In this document: positions 45,837 to 56,012 of the stretch, in pieces
Numbering within the stretch: the first letter of the stretch is position 1
How the letters are laid out: every line of letters begins with the position of its first letter
Source: Candidatus Babelota bacterium
GTDB taxonomy: Bacteria > Babelota > Babeliae > Babelales > UASB340
Length of the DNA: 64,000 nt
NCBI GenBank assembly: GCA_014730005.1
Contig: WJIY01000035.1
Location: 8,997-72,996 of the forward strand
Reading direction: 5' to 3'
Program-made: the position numbers and the translations under genes
Notes under the pieces: generated by a model
Database searches by the model: none
What the model was told of the DNA's origin: nothing
What the model saw: only the letters and a program-made list of their open reading frames with translations

Positions 45837-46625
45837 ATGACATTGAATAAAAAAATTCATCTAACTTTTATGTTCATAATATTAACTTGCATTAGTTACA
45901 TTTTTTGTAAAAAAAAACTAGAGTTCCCAAAAAATTTAAATCTATTAGAACTCAAAAATTATAAATATGTAATTTTTGATGGTTGCAAAACTTTTTGGGA
46001 AAAAAGTTTATATGATTTATTATACTCATACCAAAAAAAGCGTGGTCTTTCTTGGAGTGATTATATTAAATTAACTAAATTTGGATTATCTTACTTACTA
46101 GGTACATTAGATATAAAAAAAGCCTATGAAGAATTTTTAATTCATTGCAAAGGAATAAATAAAAAAGATGCAATAACTATATCTTCTAAAGTTTGGCAGG
46201 ATGAATGCAAAAATTTTATATATCAAGATGCAAAAAAAATTTTTGATTTTTGCAAAAAAAATAAAATCATTACAATATTAACTGAAGCAGGATTCGAAGA
46301 ATTTTATCTAGATTTTTTAAAAACATATACATTTGATTATATATGCACATCAAAAATAAAATATAAAGATGAAAAAATTTCAGGTCAGCTAGAAGGTATG
46401 CCTTGCTCCGGACATGAAAAAACAATACAAATTAAAAAAATAATAGAAGACAAATTAAAAGGCTCTTTAAAAGAGGCTGTTTTTTTTGCAAATAGTCACA
46501 ATGATATAGATTTATTAAATCTCGTAGGAAAACCCATCGCTGTTAACCCTGATAATAAGTTAAAAAAATATGCTTCATCAAAAAAATGGGAAATTTTAAA
46601 ATTTAATAAAATTCATAAAATTTAA
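45837..46625 (+). CDS. HAD-IB-like protein with hydrophobic N-terminus and degenerate catalytic motifs
   Basis: VIFDGCKTF occupies the position of DxDxT (the second Asp is Cys), and FFANSHNDIDLL the position of motif IV (the first Asp is Asn). The overall layout resembles SerB/HAD-IB hydrolases. Confidence 0.4.
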   Translation: MTLNKKIHLTFMFIILTCISYIFCKKKLEFPKNLNLLELKNYKYVIFDGCKTFWEKSLYDLLYSYQKKRGLSWSDYIKLTKFGLSYLLGTLDIKKAYEEFLIHCKGINKKDAITISSKVWQDECKNFIYQDAKKIFDFCKKNKIITILTEAGFEEFYLDFLKTYTFDYICTSKIKYKDEKISGQLEGMPCSGHEKTIQIKKIIEDKLKGSLKEAVFFANSHNDIDLLNLVGKPIAVNPDNKLKKYASSKKWEILKFNKIHKI

Positions 46626-47998
46626 TACTTACAAATTTCCTCATAATCATTATGATGTAATTTTTTCTTACCTATTAAATAATAATTTTCATGACCTTTA
46701 CCTAAAATAGCTATAATTGAATTTGTTGTAGATATTTCAACAGCTTTTTTGATTGCTTTTTTTCTATCAAATTCACAATAAACGTTTTCAGTTTGTTGAA
46801 TATCTTTTAGTATATCATTTGCTATATCTTTTGATTTTTCCAGCCTAGGATTATCATCGGTTATTATAATTTGATTAGAATATTTTTCTGCTATTTTACC
46901 CATTATCGATCTTTTTGTTTTATCTCTATTACCACCACAACCAAATACTACAATTAAATTGTTTGTAAGCTTTTTTAATTCACTTAACACTGCTTCCATT
47001 GACGATGGATTATGTGCAAAATCAACAAAAGCTTTTGTTTTATTTTTTAAAATATGAAGTTGCAATCTACCAGGAACACCCGAAAAAGATTTAATTGCTT
47101 CTTTTATATCATTTTCACTTATTCCAATATTTTTACAAATCAAAAATGACATAGTTATATTATAACGATTAAATTGCCCTATCAAAGAATTGGTATTTAT
47201 TTTACAAAGACTACTTTTATCAAATGTAATCAACTGATTGTTTATTTTTTTTTTATTTTTTTTCAAAATACCTAAAGCCTTACTTCCCCAATAATTTTCT
47301 ACATTTATTATTATTCTTCCTCCCTTTTTAATTTGATCAAAAATCTTCATTTTTGTATAAAAATAATTTTCCATATTCGTATGAAAATCCATATGTTCAG
47401 TTGCTAAATTTGTAAATCCCAGAAAACAAAAATTTATTCCCAAAATTCTATGCAAAGCGATTGCATGAGATGAAACTTCCATTACCACATAATCAACATT
47501 TTTCTTTACACACCTCGACAAGAACATTTGAATATAATCACTTTCAGGCGTTGTATTTATAGCAATTTCTTCTTCATCTAAGATTTTATTTTTAATTGAA
47601 CTAATTAAAGCAGTTTTATATCCATTTGTTTTTAAAATATGTTCTACTAAATAAACGGTTGTAGATTTGCCTTTGGTCCCTGTAACGCCAATAATTTTCA
47701 ATTTTGATTCAGGATAATTTAATTTTTTAGCTGCCAGCTTTGCTAAAGCTTTTCTTGCATTTTTCACTTTAATGAATTTTATTTTATCTAGCTTATATTT
47801 ATTTAATTCTAATTTTTTCAATATCTTTTTAAATTCAATCTCATTTGAAAAAACTATTTTATTTGCTCCCATATCAATTGCTTGGGGAATATATTTCATT
47901 CCATTTTGAACAAATCCTTTAATAGCGACAAATGTAGTCCCTGAACCAACAAACTTTGTGTGAGATGTAACAGGAAATATACTTGGTAACATAATCAA
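46622..47998 (-). CDS. murE: UDP-N-acetylmuramoyl-L-alanyl-D-glutamate--2,6-diaminopimelate ligase
   Basis: GVTGTKGKSTT P-loop and a Mur ligase core. The DDNPR motif is characteristic of meso-DAP-adding MurE. Confidence 0.9.
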   Translation of the reverse strand: MIMLPSIFPVTSHTKFVGSGTTFVAIKGFVQNGMKYIPQAIDMGANKIVFSNEIEFKKILKKLELNKYKLDKIKFIKVKNARKALAKLAAKKLNYPESKLKIIGVTGTKGKSTTVYLVEHILKTNGYKTALISSIKNKILDEEEIAINTTPESDYIQMFLSRCVKKNVDYVVMEVSSHAIALHRILGINFCFLGFTNLATEHMDFHTNMENYFYTKMKIFDQIKKGGRIIINVENYWGSKALGILKKNKKKINNQLITFDKSSLCKINTNSLIGQFNRYNITMSFLICKNIGISENDIKEAIKSFSGVPGRLQLHILKNKTKAFVDFAHNPSSMEAVLSELKKLTNNLIVVFGCGGNRDKTKRSIMGKIAEKYSNQIIITDDNPRLEKSKDIANDILKDIQQTENVYCEFDRKKAIKKAVEISTTNSIIAILGKGHENYYLIGKKKLHHNDYEEICKY

Positions 47999-48124
47999 TT
48001 AATCCTTTTTAAAAAATCGAAAAAAATATATTACAAAAAAATATAAACTCAAGTTTTTTATATAAAAATATGTGTCGCCCATTAAAGATTATGTTAATCA
48101 ACTTAAAATGTCTACATACTGGGC

Positions 48125-48161
48125 TTTTCTAAAATGTTTAATATTTAAACATTTTAGAAAA
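48125..48161. promoter_or_regulatory. Perfect 37-nt palindrome (17-bp arms, 3-nt centre) in the murE-divergent intergenic region
   Basis: TTTTCTAAAATGTTTAA-TAT-TTAAACATTTTAGAAAA. The arms are exact reverse complements. It lies 127 nt upstream of the murE start, within a 545-nt non-coding gap. Confidence 0.35.
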
Positions 48162-48543
48162 AATATTAATTGAACAAAGCTTTGAATGAAAAAAAAACAA
48201 GTTACTAACAATTTTGTGGGTAAGTTTGTTAAAATATTAAAACTTCTCTTTTAACAAAGGCATTTTTAATTTTTTTAAAATCGCACCACTTTTCTATTTG
48301 AAGATTTTATTTTTTTAATAATTTTAAACTCAACAATTCACCTTAAAACTATTATCTAATGTACCTATATATGATTTTTTTATCATTTTTTATATCCTAA
48401 TAGAAATCAGTAAAACAAATTTAACAAATTTTGATAATGTAAATTTTTTTAACCTAAATATAACTTTATGTTTTTACTGTTACATGTAAAATATTATAAA
48501 CATAGTCATAATCTGAATACACAAATTTTTAATAGGAACTAAA

Positions 48544-49143
48544 ATGCAAAAAAAAGATAAAAAAATAAACAATATTGACTCTGAAAAAAAAGAAAAGGAA
48601 CAAAAAGAAGCCATCGAGAAATTTATTCAAACAAGCACTAAAGAAATTAATATTACAAATATTCCTGAAGACATTAAAAATGAATTACAAAAATTAATAT
48701 TTGAATTTGAAAAATTAAAAAACGAAATTCAAGAAAAAAAAAATACCTGTACAAAACAATTACAAACACTTCAATCAAAACTAGAAATTTTAATAAATAG
48801 TGGGCAAATAAAACTAGATAAAAAACATTTTGAACAAACACAAAAAGAATTAAATCATTATCAAATGATTCTTGACCATGTAAATAAAGAAATTGATAAT
48901 GAATTAAAATTATGTAAAGATTTGATTTCTGAAAATCCACCAAAAACTATTAGAGTTTTAAAAAATACCACAGATGATTTTATTCAATTTATAACTTCAA
49001 AAATTCAAAGCCTTAAAAAATATTTAAAAAAAATGAAAAAAGACTTACAAATCAGTTTTTCAAAATACAACTTTGGCTTAGAATCTCAAAAAAGAAAATT
49101 AGAATATCTAAAAACTTACCTTGATAGAGTTAATAAAAAATGA
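48544..49143 (+). CDS. Hypothetical coiled-coil protein
   Basis: 199 aa, K/E/Q-rich heptad-like sequence with no signal peptide. Its stop overlaps the dtd start (ATGA). Confidence 0.5.
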   Translation: MQKKDKKINNIDSEKKEKEQKEAIEKFIQTSTKEINITNIPEDIKNELQKLIFEFEKLKNEIQEKKNTCTKQLQTLQSKLEILINSGQIKLDKKHFEQTQKELNHYQMILDHVNKEIDNELKLCKDLISENPPKTIRVLKNTTDDFIQFITSKIQSLKKYLKKMKKDLQISFSKYNFGLESQKRKLEYLKTYLDRVNKK

Positions 49144-49580
49144 AAGTTGTAATACAACGAGTAAATTATGCCTCTGTATCTGTTGAAAATAAATTGATTT
49201 CAAAAATAAATAAGGGTCTTTTAATATTTGTTGGTATAGGAAAAAACGACAACCAAAAGGATATAGAATATATTATACGAAAAATTTTAAATTTAAGAAT
49301 TTTTGATACTACAGAAAAATTTATGGATAAAAACGTAAAAGATCTAGATTTAGAAATTTTATCCGTCTCTCAATTTACACTTTGTGTTAATTTCAGAAAA
49401 GGAAATCGACCCTCATTTGATATGTCTATGCCATCAAAAGAAGCAGCCAAATTTTATCGTAAGTTCTTTTTAAAATTAAAAGAAAAATATCCCAAAGCTA
49501 AAGATGGTATTTTTGGTGCATATATGGATATTAAACTATCAAACGATGGGCCTGTTACAATAATTTTAGATAGCAAATAA
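49140..49580 (+). CDS. dtd: D-aminoacyl-tRNA deacylase
   Basis: MKVVIQRV, SQFTL and the C-terminal NDGPVTIILDS block are present. Confidence 0.9.
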   Translation: MKVVIQRVNYASVSVENKLISKINKGLLIFVGIGKNDNQKDIEYIIRKILNLRIFDTTEKFMDKNVKDLDLEILSVSQFTLCVNFRKGNRPSFDMSMPSKEAAKFYRKFFLKLKEKYPKAKDGIFGAYMDIKLSNDGPVTIILDSK

Positions 49581-49616
49581 TAAAGGTAATAATTAGTTAA
49601 AATATAAATATTTAAA

Positions 49617-50537
49617 CTACCTGCGATCCAATTCCTGTAAATCGTTTCGTAAAAGATCATTAAAATTTTTAGTAATTAACATTTCTCCATTTACACTATA
49701 AAATTGAACTTTAAAATCACCTGAAACATCATCAAATTCTAATTGAGCAAAAAATTTACCATTCACTCCTAATAAAGGTATTTTTTTTTCTCTCCATAAG
49801 GCCGTAAAAGTATTAAACCAATGACTTGTTATTATTGCTTTAACATTATAATCTTTAATTAACTCGTAAAAAGCATCTTTATCGGCATTAGACCATAAAT
49901 TACTTTCATCTCCCAAATTATTATAATGATAAAAAAAATATAAAGGCTGATTGTTTATATTATTTTTTCTTAAATAAGAAACTAACCATTGCCGAATTTT
50001 ACTATCTGGATATAATCCACAACAAAAAAAGTAAGTATTACCTTTTTTAAAAACATAAGCATGATTATTATTTGTTATAATCGATGATAATTTTTTATAT
50101 CTTCCATAAATTTGATCTAAAGGCCGTACATATTGCGCTCGATTTGGATAATCATGATCTCCAATCCCAAAATATACAGACATATTCGCTACTTCAAAAG
50201 GTACTACCCACTCTTGTACAAAACCATCCCATTGTCTCCAATCAGTTACCTGAATTCTTGAAAAACAAGGTAAACACCCCTCCACTTTTTCTGAATCTAT
50301 AAAACCATCGTGTGTTAAATCACCTGGTATAATTACAAAATTATCAACGTTATCATTTTTTAAATTCAATATTATTTCTTTGTATTTTTCTTTGTATACA
50401 ATATCAGGATGTTGTGCTGAAGCACCAACATGAGTATCCCCAAATAAAAAGACAATTCTAGTTTTTGCAAAAGTATTGCCCATAACTAACAAATAAGAAA
50501 TAAATAAAAATAAGTTGAAAAAAAACTTGAATTTCAT
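49617..50537 (-). CDS. Secreted calcineurin-like metallophosphoesterase
   Basis: Signal peptide, then GDTHVG, GDLTHDG and GIGDHD metal-binding motifs. Confidence 0.75.
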   Translation of the reverse strand: MKFKFFFNLFLFISYLLVMGNTFAKTRIVFLFGDTHVGASAQHPDIVYKEKYKEIILNLKNDNVDNFVIIPGDLTHDGFIDSEKVEGCLPCFSRIQVTDWRQWDGFVQEWVVPFEVANMSVYFGIGDHDYPNRAQYVRPLDQIYGRYKKLSSIITNNNHAYVFKKGNTYFFCCGLYPDSKIRQWLVSYLRKNNINNQPLYFFYHYNNLGDESNLWSNADKDAFYELIKDYNVKAIITSHWFNTFTALWREKKIPLLGVNGKFFAQLEFDDVSGDFKVQFYSVNGEMLITKNFNDLLRNDLQELDRR

Positions 50538-50659
50538 GATTTATCCTAACGTAAATCATAATATTTAAAATAACATAAACTTAAAAAAATATAAGACATT
50601 TTTCTTATAGTTCAACAAGTAAATATAAATAAAACTCCAAAAGCTTTTATTTCACCACA

Positions 50660-51268
50660 TTAATTTCTCAAACAAAATGTTGCAAAAAATATCTTACGTT
50701 TTTTATTTTTACAAATTTCATCCCATCGACCCTCATAGTACTTTTGCCAAAAATTAATTTCCTCAACTTGAATAAATGAATTATTTAAGGTAAAAACACG
50801 TAAAATATCTCTCCATAAAAATTCAATGTCTGTTGTAATATAAACTCTTCCTCCTTGTTTTAATTTTTTTGATAAAACGTCTAAAAATTTAAAATTAACT
50901 AAACGTCTTTTTTGATGATGTTTTTTAATCCAAGGATCCGGATGAAAAATGAAAACTCTATCAATTGAATTATCATCAAACATATCTTGAAGGCAAAAAA
51001 ATCCATTACCTTGAACTAAATAAACATTATCTAATAACTTTATAGTTTTAAGACGCTGCTGCATTATAGCAACAGCCTTTCTACGAAGCTCTACACCAAC
51101 AACAAATCTTCTGGAATTTTCGTAAGAATATTTGAAAATAAAATTACTTTGACCAAAACCTATTTCTAAATCTAATTTATTTTCAAATTTAGCAAAAAGT
51201 TTTATCGGATCTAATTTTTGAAATCTTTTTATACAAGAAAGCGGGTTTGTATGTGTTCTTATTCTCAT
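50660..51268 (-). CDS. trmB: tRNA (guanine-N7)-methyltransferase
   Basis: LEIGFGQS (SAM motif) and FHPDPWIKKHHQKRR are the TrmB signature. Confidence 0.88.
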   Translation of the reverse strand: MRIRTHTNPLSCIKRFQKLDPIKLFAKFENKLDLEIGFGQSNFIFKYSYENSRRFVVGVELRRKAVAIMQQRLKTIKLLDNVYLVQGNGFFCLQDMFDDNSIDRVFIFHPDPWIKKHHQKRRLVNFKFLDVLSKKLKQGGRVYITTDIEFLWRDILRVFTLNNSFIQVEEINFWQKYYEGRWDEICKNKKRKIFFATFCLRN

Positions 51269-51310
51269 AACGATTACTAATAATTTAAAAATTTATTTTT
51301 TTTAAAGCAA

Positions 51311-51727
51311 TCAATTTGAAATTATTACATAAGAAATCGCATAATCTTTTTCATGTGACAAAGAAAGAAAATTATTCAGTCGAGGTAATTTGTTTTCTAT
51401 TTTATTCTCAAAAATCTTCCAATCAATATTTAATTGAGGAACACCCCAAACCGGTTTAATAATTTCTACGTTTTTACATGAAAACAAAAATGAAAAATTG
51501 TTTTTTATATATCCTAAGTTAACCAAAGTTGCACTCAAAGCTTTAAAAAATGCTTCTTTTGAGGAAAAACGAGATGCTAAACATTGCAATTCTATTTCGC
51601 CATTCTTTTTTACACAAGACTCAATTTCCCGTAACGAAAATATTTTAAGTAATTGTTCAACTTTATATTTTTCCCACGATTTAAAACGTTCAATTCTAAT
51701 AATATCAACTCCAATTCCCAAAATCAT
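51311..51727 (-). CDS. acpS: Holo-[acyl-carrier-protein] synthase
   Basis: ILGIGVDIIRIERF, FSSKEAFFKAL and SLSHEKDYA blocks are present. Confidence 0.85.
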   Translation of the reverse strand: MILGIGVDIIRIERFKSWEKYKVEQLLKIFSLREIESCVKKNGEIELQCLASRFSSKEAFFKALSATLVNLGYIKNNFSFLFSCKNVEIIKPVWGVPQLNIDWKIFENKIENKLPRLNNFLSLSHEKDYAISYVIISN

Positions 51728-53250
51728 TTAAAGCCTTTATCTAAAGTACGATACATAATCGCCTCTCGAATATGATTTTTTTCAATTCGATCACTCCCCG
51801 ACAAATCAGCAATTGTTCTTGCTATTTTTAAAATTTTATGATAGCCGCGCATACTTAAATTCAATTTTTCAAAGGCGAACTTCAAAATAATTTCTGCCTC
51901 GGATGATAAAATACAATATTTTTCAATTTTATCGGATGTTAAATATGCATTTTTAATACTACCCAATCTATTATTTTGAATTCTCACCGCTCTTACAACA
52001 TCCTGATACATTTCACTTGAACTTTTAGATTTTAAATCACCATTTTTAATTTCATCATAATTAACAGAAGAAACATTAACATGTAAATCTATTCTATCAA
52101 GTAATGGCCCAGAAAGTTTATTAAAATATTTCATTATTTGACTGCTACTACAAACACATTTTTTCTTGCGATCTCCAAAATATCCACATGGACAAGGATT
52201 TAAAGCAGCAATCAATAAAAACGAAGCTGGATATTCTATGGAAACATTTGCGCGTGAAATCAAAACTTTTTTACTTTCCAAAGGCTGCCGCAAAACTTCT
52301 AATGTCGATCTTTTAAATTCTGTTAATTCATCTAAGAATAAAACTCCTTTATGTGCCAAGCTTATCTCACCTGGACGAGGATTACTACCTCCACCAACTA
52401 AACCGGCTTGAGAAATTGTATGATGGGGAGAACGAAATGGTCTATGTAAAATCAATGATTTATTATCAAGCAAACCTGCAATGGAATAAATTTTTGTTGT
52501 TTCAATTATTTCATCAAAATTCATCACTGGTAAAATTGTTGCTAGCCTTTGCGCAAGCATAGTTTTTCCTGAACCCGGCGGACCAATAAATAAAAGATTA
52601 TGTTGTCCTGCCGCAGCAATTTGTAGTGCACGTTTCGCCTGCCATTGACCTTTTACTTGATTAAAATCCAATGGATGCTTTTTTATATCTTCTCTAAAAT
52701 TTTCAAATGTAGATTTTTCAGGTTTTATTTGCTTTTCATTTCTTAAATATGCAATAAGCTCAACTAAATTTTTTACACCAATTATTTCTAGACCACTGAT
52801 AAGACTTGCTTCTTGAGTATTTTTTTGGGGAATAATTAATCTTTTTTTACCACTTTTAATTGCTTGATGTGCAATTGACAAAATTCCACGCACAGATCTA
52901 ATTTCACCATCAAGAGCTAGTTCACCTAAAAATAAAGTTTCATTGATAAAATCTTGATTTAAATCAATAAGTTTACATGCTTGCAAAATTGCAATACCTA
53001 TAGGAACATCAAAAAGAATATCCTGTTTTTTTAAATTCGCAGGAGCCAAATTTACAGTTATTAATCTATCTGGTGGACGTAAACCACTATTTTTTAACGC
53101 GGCACGTATTCTCTCTTTACTTTCACTTATAGCTTTATCGGGTAAACCAACAATATTAAATTTTATTAATCCAAAAGATAGATCTACCTCAACCTCTACT
53201 TGTCTTGCATCAATTCCAACTGTTGTTGCAGAAAATATTTTTGCATGCAT
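51724..53250 (-). CDS. comM: YifB/ComM family Mg-chelatase-like AAA+ ATPase
   Basis: 508 aa with a Lon-like N-domain, GPPGSGKTMLAQRL Walker A, VLFLDELTEF Walker B, a Cys cluster (CPCGYFGDRKKKCVC) and a C-terminal helical domain. Confidence 0.88.
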   Translation of the reverse strand: MHAKIFSATTVGIDARQVEVEVDLSFGLIKFNIVGLPDKAISESKERIRAALKNSGLRPPDRLITVNLAPANLKKQDILFDVPIGIAILQACKLIDLNQDFINETLFLGELALDGEIRSVRGILSIAHQAIKSGKKRLIIPQKNTQEASLISGLEIIGVKNLVELIAYLRNEKQIKPEKSTFENFREDIKKHPLDFNQVKGQWQAKRALQIAAAGQHNLLFIGPPGSGKTMLAQRLATILPVMNFDEIIETTKIYSIAGLLDNKSLILHRPFRSPHHTISQAGLVGGGSNPRPGEISLAHKGVLFLDELTEFKRSTLEVLRQPLESKKVLISRANVSIEYPASFLLIAALNPCPCGYFGDRKKKCVCSSSQIMKYFNKLSGPLLDRIDLHVNVSSVNYDEIKNGDLKSKSSSEMYQDVVRAVRIQNNRLGSIKNAYLTSDKIEKYCILSSEAEIILKFAFEKLNLSMRGYHKILKIARTIADLSGSDRIEKNHIREAIMYRTLDKGFK

Positions 53251-53351
53251 TTTAATTCCACCCCAAAAAAGAATTAATGTTTCTTAAATATGTAACCTTG
53301 AATTTTAACAGTATACCAAATTAACATTTATGTAAAATTTATGGCAGATAA

Positions 53352-55034
53352 TTATTTAATTATAGTAGGCGAAATAAAAATCATTAATTGCTCATCTGAT
53401 TTTGTTTTTTTCTTACCCTTAAAAAGATATCCCAACAATGGAATGTCTTGCAATAAAGGAATCCCATTACGATTATTGCGTTTATCATCATAAATTAAAC
53501 CACCAATTAGTGTTGTTTCTCCACTTTTAAGTAAAACCCTATTGCTCGATTTTGTTGTAACAATAATAGATTTTTTTGCATCAAATGAAGTTGTCGATGT
53601 ACCATCTTTCACATATGAATGTTCAACATAGATATCCAAAAATACAGATTCTTTATCTGGAGAAACAATAGGCTTAACTTTAAGTTTCATTCCCAAATCT
53701 TTATAATTTATTGTATTTATATCACGCAATGAACCTTCTATTCTCTCCTGAACACTTGTCTCAATTGGAACCTGCTCACCCACTAATATTTCTGCTGGCT
53801 CCTCACTATTTACAAGCAATGATGGTTTTAAAATTGTTTTGATTTCATTTTTACTCTCTGCAGCATTAAGTACTAAATTTAATCTTTTATTATTCAAATT
53901 TCTTCCACCAAAAATTATTGGTAGATTTAAAAATTGGCTTGCTGTTCTTGGCAATAAATTTAAAGACCAATCCATAAGATCATCAGGTGGGATATCTCCT
54001 TTTCCACCAGTAGTTATTGGACCATATCCAATATAATTCCATCCTGACCTACTGACAGAAGCACTTCGATTATAAACACCTGAAACTTGTAAGCCTAAAC
54101 TTTCTTCAAAATATTTATTAGCTATTATAATTCTAGTTTCAATACGAATTTGTGAAATTTTTTCATCTATTTCCTTTAAAAAAGTCTTAAATACTTGTAT
54201 ATCTTTCTTTCTACCTTTAAAAAAAATTTTCCTACTATTATCATCAAAAACTAAATAATAATTATGCTTATCCGTTTTGCCATTAATGATACCTTCCCAC
54301 AATTTTTCAATGCGAAGCTTTAATCCCTCAGAAAATTTCGTATGACGAATTAAAAAAAAATCTGAAACGATATCTTTTAATTCGTCTTCCCTTATTTGTG
54401 ATTCAAACATTAAAATCGCATCTTCTAATCTAACAACACGCCAAACATTAAAATTTTTTACTAGTGCTAATTGAGGTTTTACAGATGAAAAAATTAATTT
54501 TAAAGCAAACGAAGCAGGAACATCTTGAAGATTAAGTGTACTAATTTCACCTTTAATCTCCGAATCTACAATAAAATCTAAATTTAAAATTTTTCCAATT
54601 AATTCAACAATCTCTTTTATGTCGATATTCTTAAGCCGCAACGACACTGTTTTTTCTACAAATACAGGATCATCATAATAAGAATCCAAAATTGACCGTG
54701 CTTCGGCAGAAATTTTTTGCTGTGTCCCTATAATTTTTTTGTCCTTATGATTTGAAATTGTACACAAAAAATTATTCAATTTATATTTGTCGCCAATTAA
54801 TTCATCTGCTTTTTTTTCCAATTCTTTATCACTACTTTTAACAATATTTTTTACGACATTTCCGATATCTTTTAAATCCTTTTCCTCTTCCTTTTTACGT
54901 TGTGCAGCTAAAAGATTAGAAGTATATGGCGGAATATATTTCAATTTTGGATCGGGTTTAGGAAGAAATAAATCATTTCCTTTTATAACAAAGAAATTTG
55001 GTAATACTAAAAGCAAAATAATTTTTTTAACCAA
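53352..55034 (-). CDS. pilQ: Secretin, PilQ-like (third secretin in the window)
   Basis: Signal peptide and an N0/STN-type block (VSLRLKNIDIKEIVELIGKILNLDFIVD). The secretin core ends GIPLLQDIPLLGYLFKGKKKTKSDEQLMIFISPTIIK at the C-terminus, with no extension. pilO/pilP-like genes precede it. Confidence 0.82.
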   Translation of the reverse strand: MVKKIILLLVLPNFFVIKGNDLFLPKPDPKLKYIPPYTSNLLAAQRKKEEEKDLKDIGNVVKNIVKSSDKELEKKADELIGDKYKLNNFLCTISNHKDKKIIGTQQKISAEARSILDSYYDDPVFVEKTVSLRLKNIDIKEIVELIGKILNLDFIVDSEIKGEISTLNLQDVPASFALKLIFSSVKPQLALVKNFNVWRVVRLEDAILMFESQIREDELKDIVSDFFLIRHTKFSEGLKLRIEKLWEGIINGKTDKHNYYLVFDDNSRKIFFKGRKKDIQVFKTFLKEIDEKISQIRIETRIIIANKYFEESLGLQVSGVYNRSASVSRSGWNYIGYGPITTGGKGDIPPDDLMDWSLNLLPRTASQFLNLPIIFGGRNLNNKRLNLVLNAAESKNEIKTILKPSLLVNSEEPAEILVGEQVPIETSVQERIEGSLRDINTINYKDLGMKLKVKPIVSPDKESVFLDIYVEHSYVKDGTSTTSFDAKKSIIVTTKSSNRVLLKSGETTLIGGLIYDDKRNNRNGIPLLQDIPLLGYLFKGKKKTKSDEQLMIFISPTIIK

Positions 55035-55050
55035 CCTCCAACTCCTCTTT

Positions 55051-55389
55051 TTAAATAATTACTCTTAATTCTTTTTTCTCTCCATCTTTTTCTAAAAAAA
55101 CTTTATCTAAAAAAATTGCAACAATTTTATAACCCCAAATAATGTCATTCAAAAAAACAACTTCTCGTTGTTTATTCCATTCCAAAATAGCTCCAATTTT
55201 ATTGTTGCACCTAATAATTCCACAAACTTCTATCATTTTTTCTTTTCTATTAATCTCACAATTATTTTTATCATTTCTTGATCCAAAAAAGGGATCTGGA
55301 ATCTCTATTGATAAACATATGAAATAAAAACTAAACGAAAATATTATCAAGATAAATTTTATAAAATATTTATATCTTAATATCTTCAA
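55051..55389 (-). CDS. PilP-like small periplasmic protein
   Basis: 112 aa. Hydrophobic N-terminus, then DPFF and a beta-sandwich-type block (VCGIIRCNNKIGAILEWNKQREVVFLNDIIWGYKIVAIFLDKVFLEKDG). This is the same pattern as the HR domain of the gspC-like protein. Confidence 0.5.
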   Translation of the reverse strand: MKILRYKYFIKFILIIFSFSFYFICLSIEIPDPFFGSRNDKNNCEINRKEKMIEVCGIIRCNNKIGAILEWNKQREVVFLNDIIWGYKIVAIFLDKVFLEKDGEKKELRVII

Positions 55390-55939
55390 AATCCAAAAAC
55401 CTAAATTTTGCTATTAAAACAACCTTATTATTTTTTTTTCGTTCAAACTCAATACTTTTAAATTTTATTCCCATAATATTTTTTTCGAGTTCATTTAAAA
55501 ATAAAACTGCATCTTTAAACAAACCTTTTGCATTTAATACATAATACTTTTTACAATAAAAATTTTTATCATCATTTTTTTTTGGTTCTAAATGCAAACA
55601 TTCCATGTTATTTTTTTTTAACGAGCTCAAAGTAATATCTAAACCACAATTTTTTTTAAGCTCATAAATAAACTTCTTAAATTGTACATTTAAAATTTTA
55701 CTTTTTTGTTCCTGATCTACTAATAAACTTAATTTTTTTTTAAATTTTTTTTGTTCCTTGTCCATTTGATTACATAATTTGTTCTGATTCAAAATACAAT
55801 TTTTTTTGGGAATATAAAAAAATAGCATCCAAACGGATGCTATAAAAATAAAAATACAAAATGAAAAACATATCCTAAATTTCCTCGGAACCCCCCTTAG
55901 CAAAGAAATTAACCTACTTTCGTTTAATAAGTTTGCCAT
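55370..55939 (-). CDS. PilO-like bitopic membrane protein
   Basis: 189 aa with a TM (ICFSFCIFIFIASVWMLFFYI), a coiled coil and the block YYVLNAKGLFKDAVLFLNELEKNIMGIKF. It lies upstream of the pilP/pilQ-like genes. Confidence 0.5.
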   Translation of the reverse strand: MANLLNESRLISLLRGVPRKFRICFSFCIFIFIASVWMLFFYIPKKNCILNQNKLCNQMDKEQKKFKKKLSLLVDQEQKSKILNVQFKKFIYELKKNCGLDITLSSLKKNNMECLHLEPKKNDDKNFYCKKYYVLNAKGLFKDAVLFLNELEKNIMGIKFKSIEFERKKNNKVVLIAKFRFLDFEDIKI

Positions 55940-56012
55940 AAAAACTTCATTTAAATAAACTCAAATTTGAAAATAAGTTAAAAAAAACAATTATAATCTG
56001 TAAAGATTTTTA

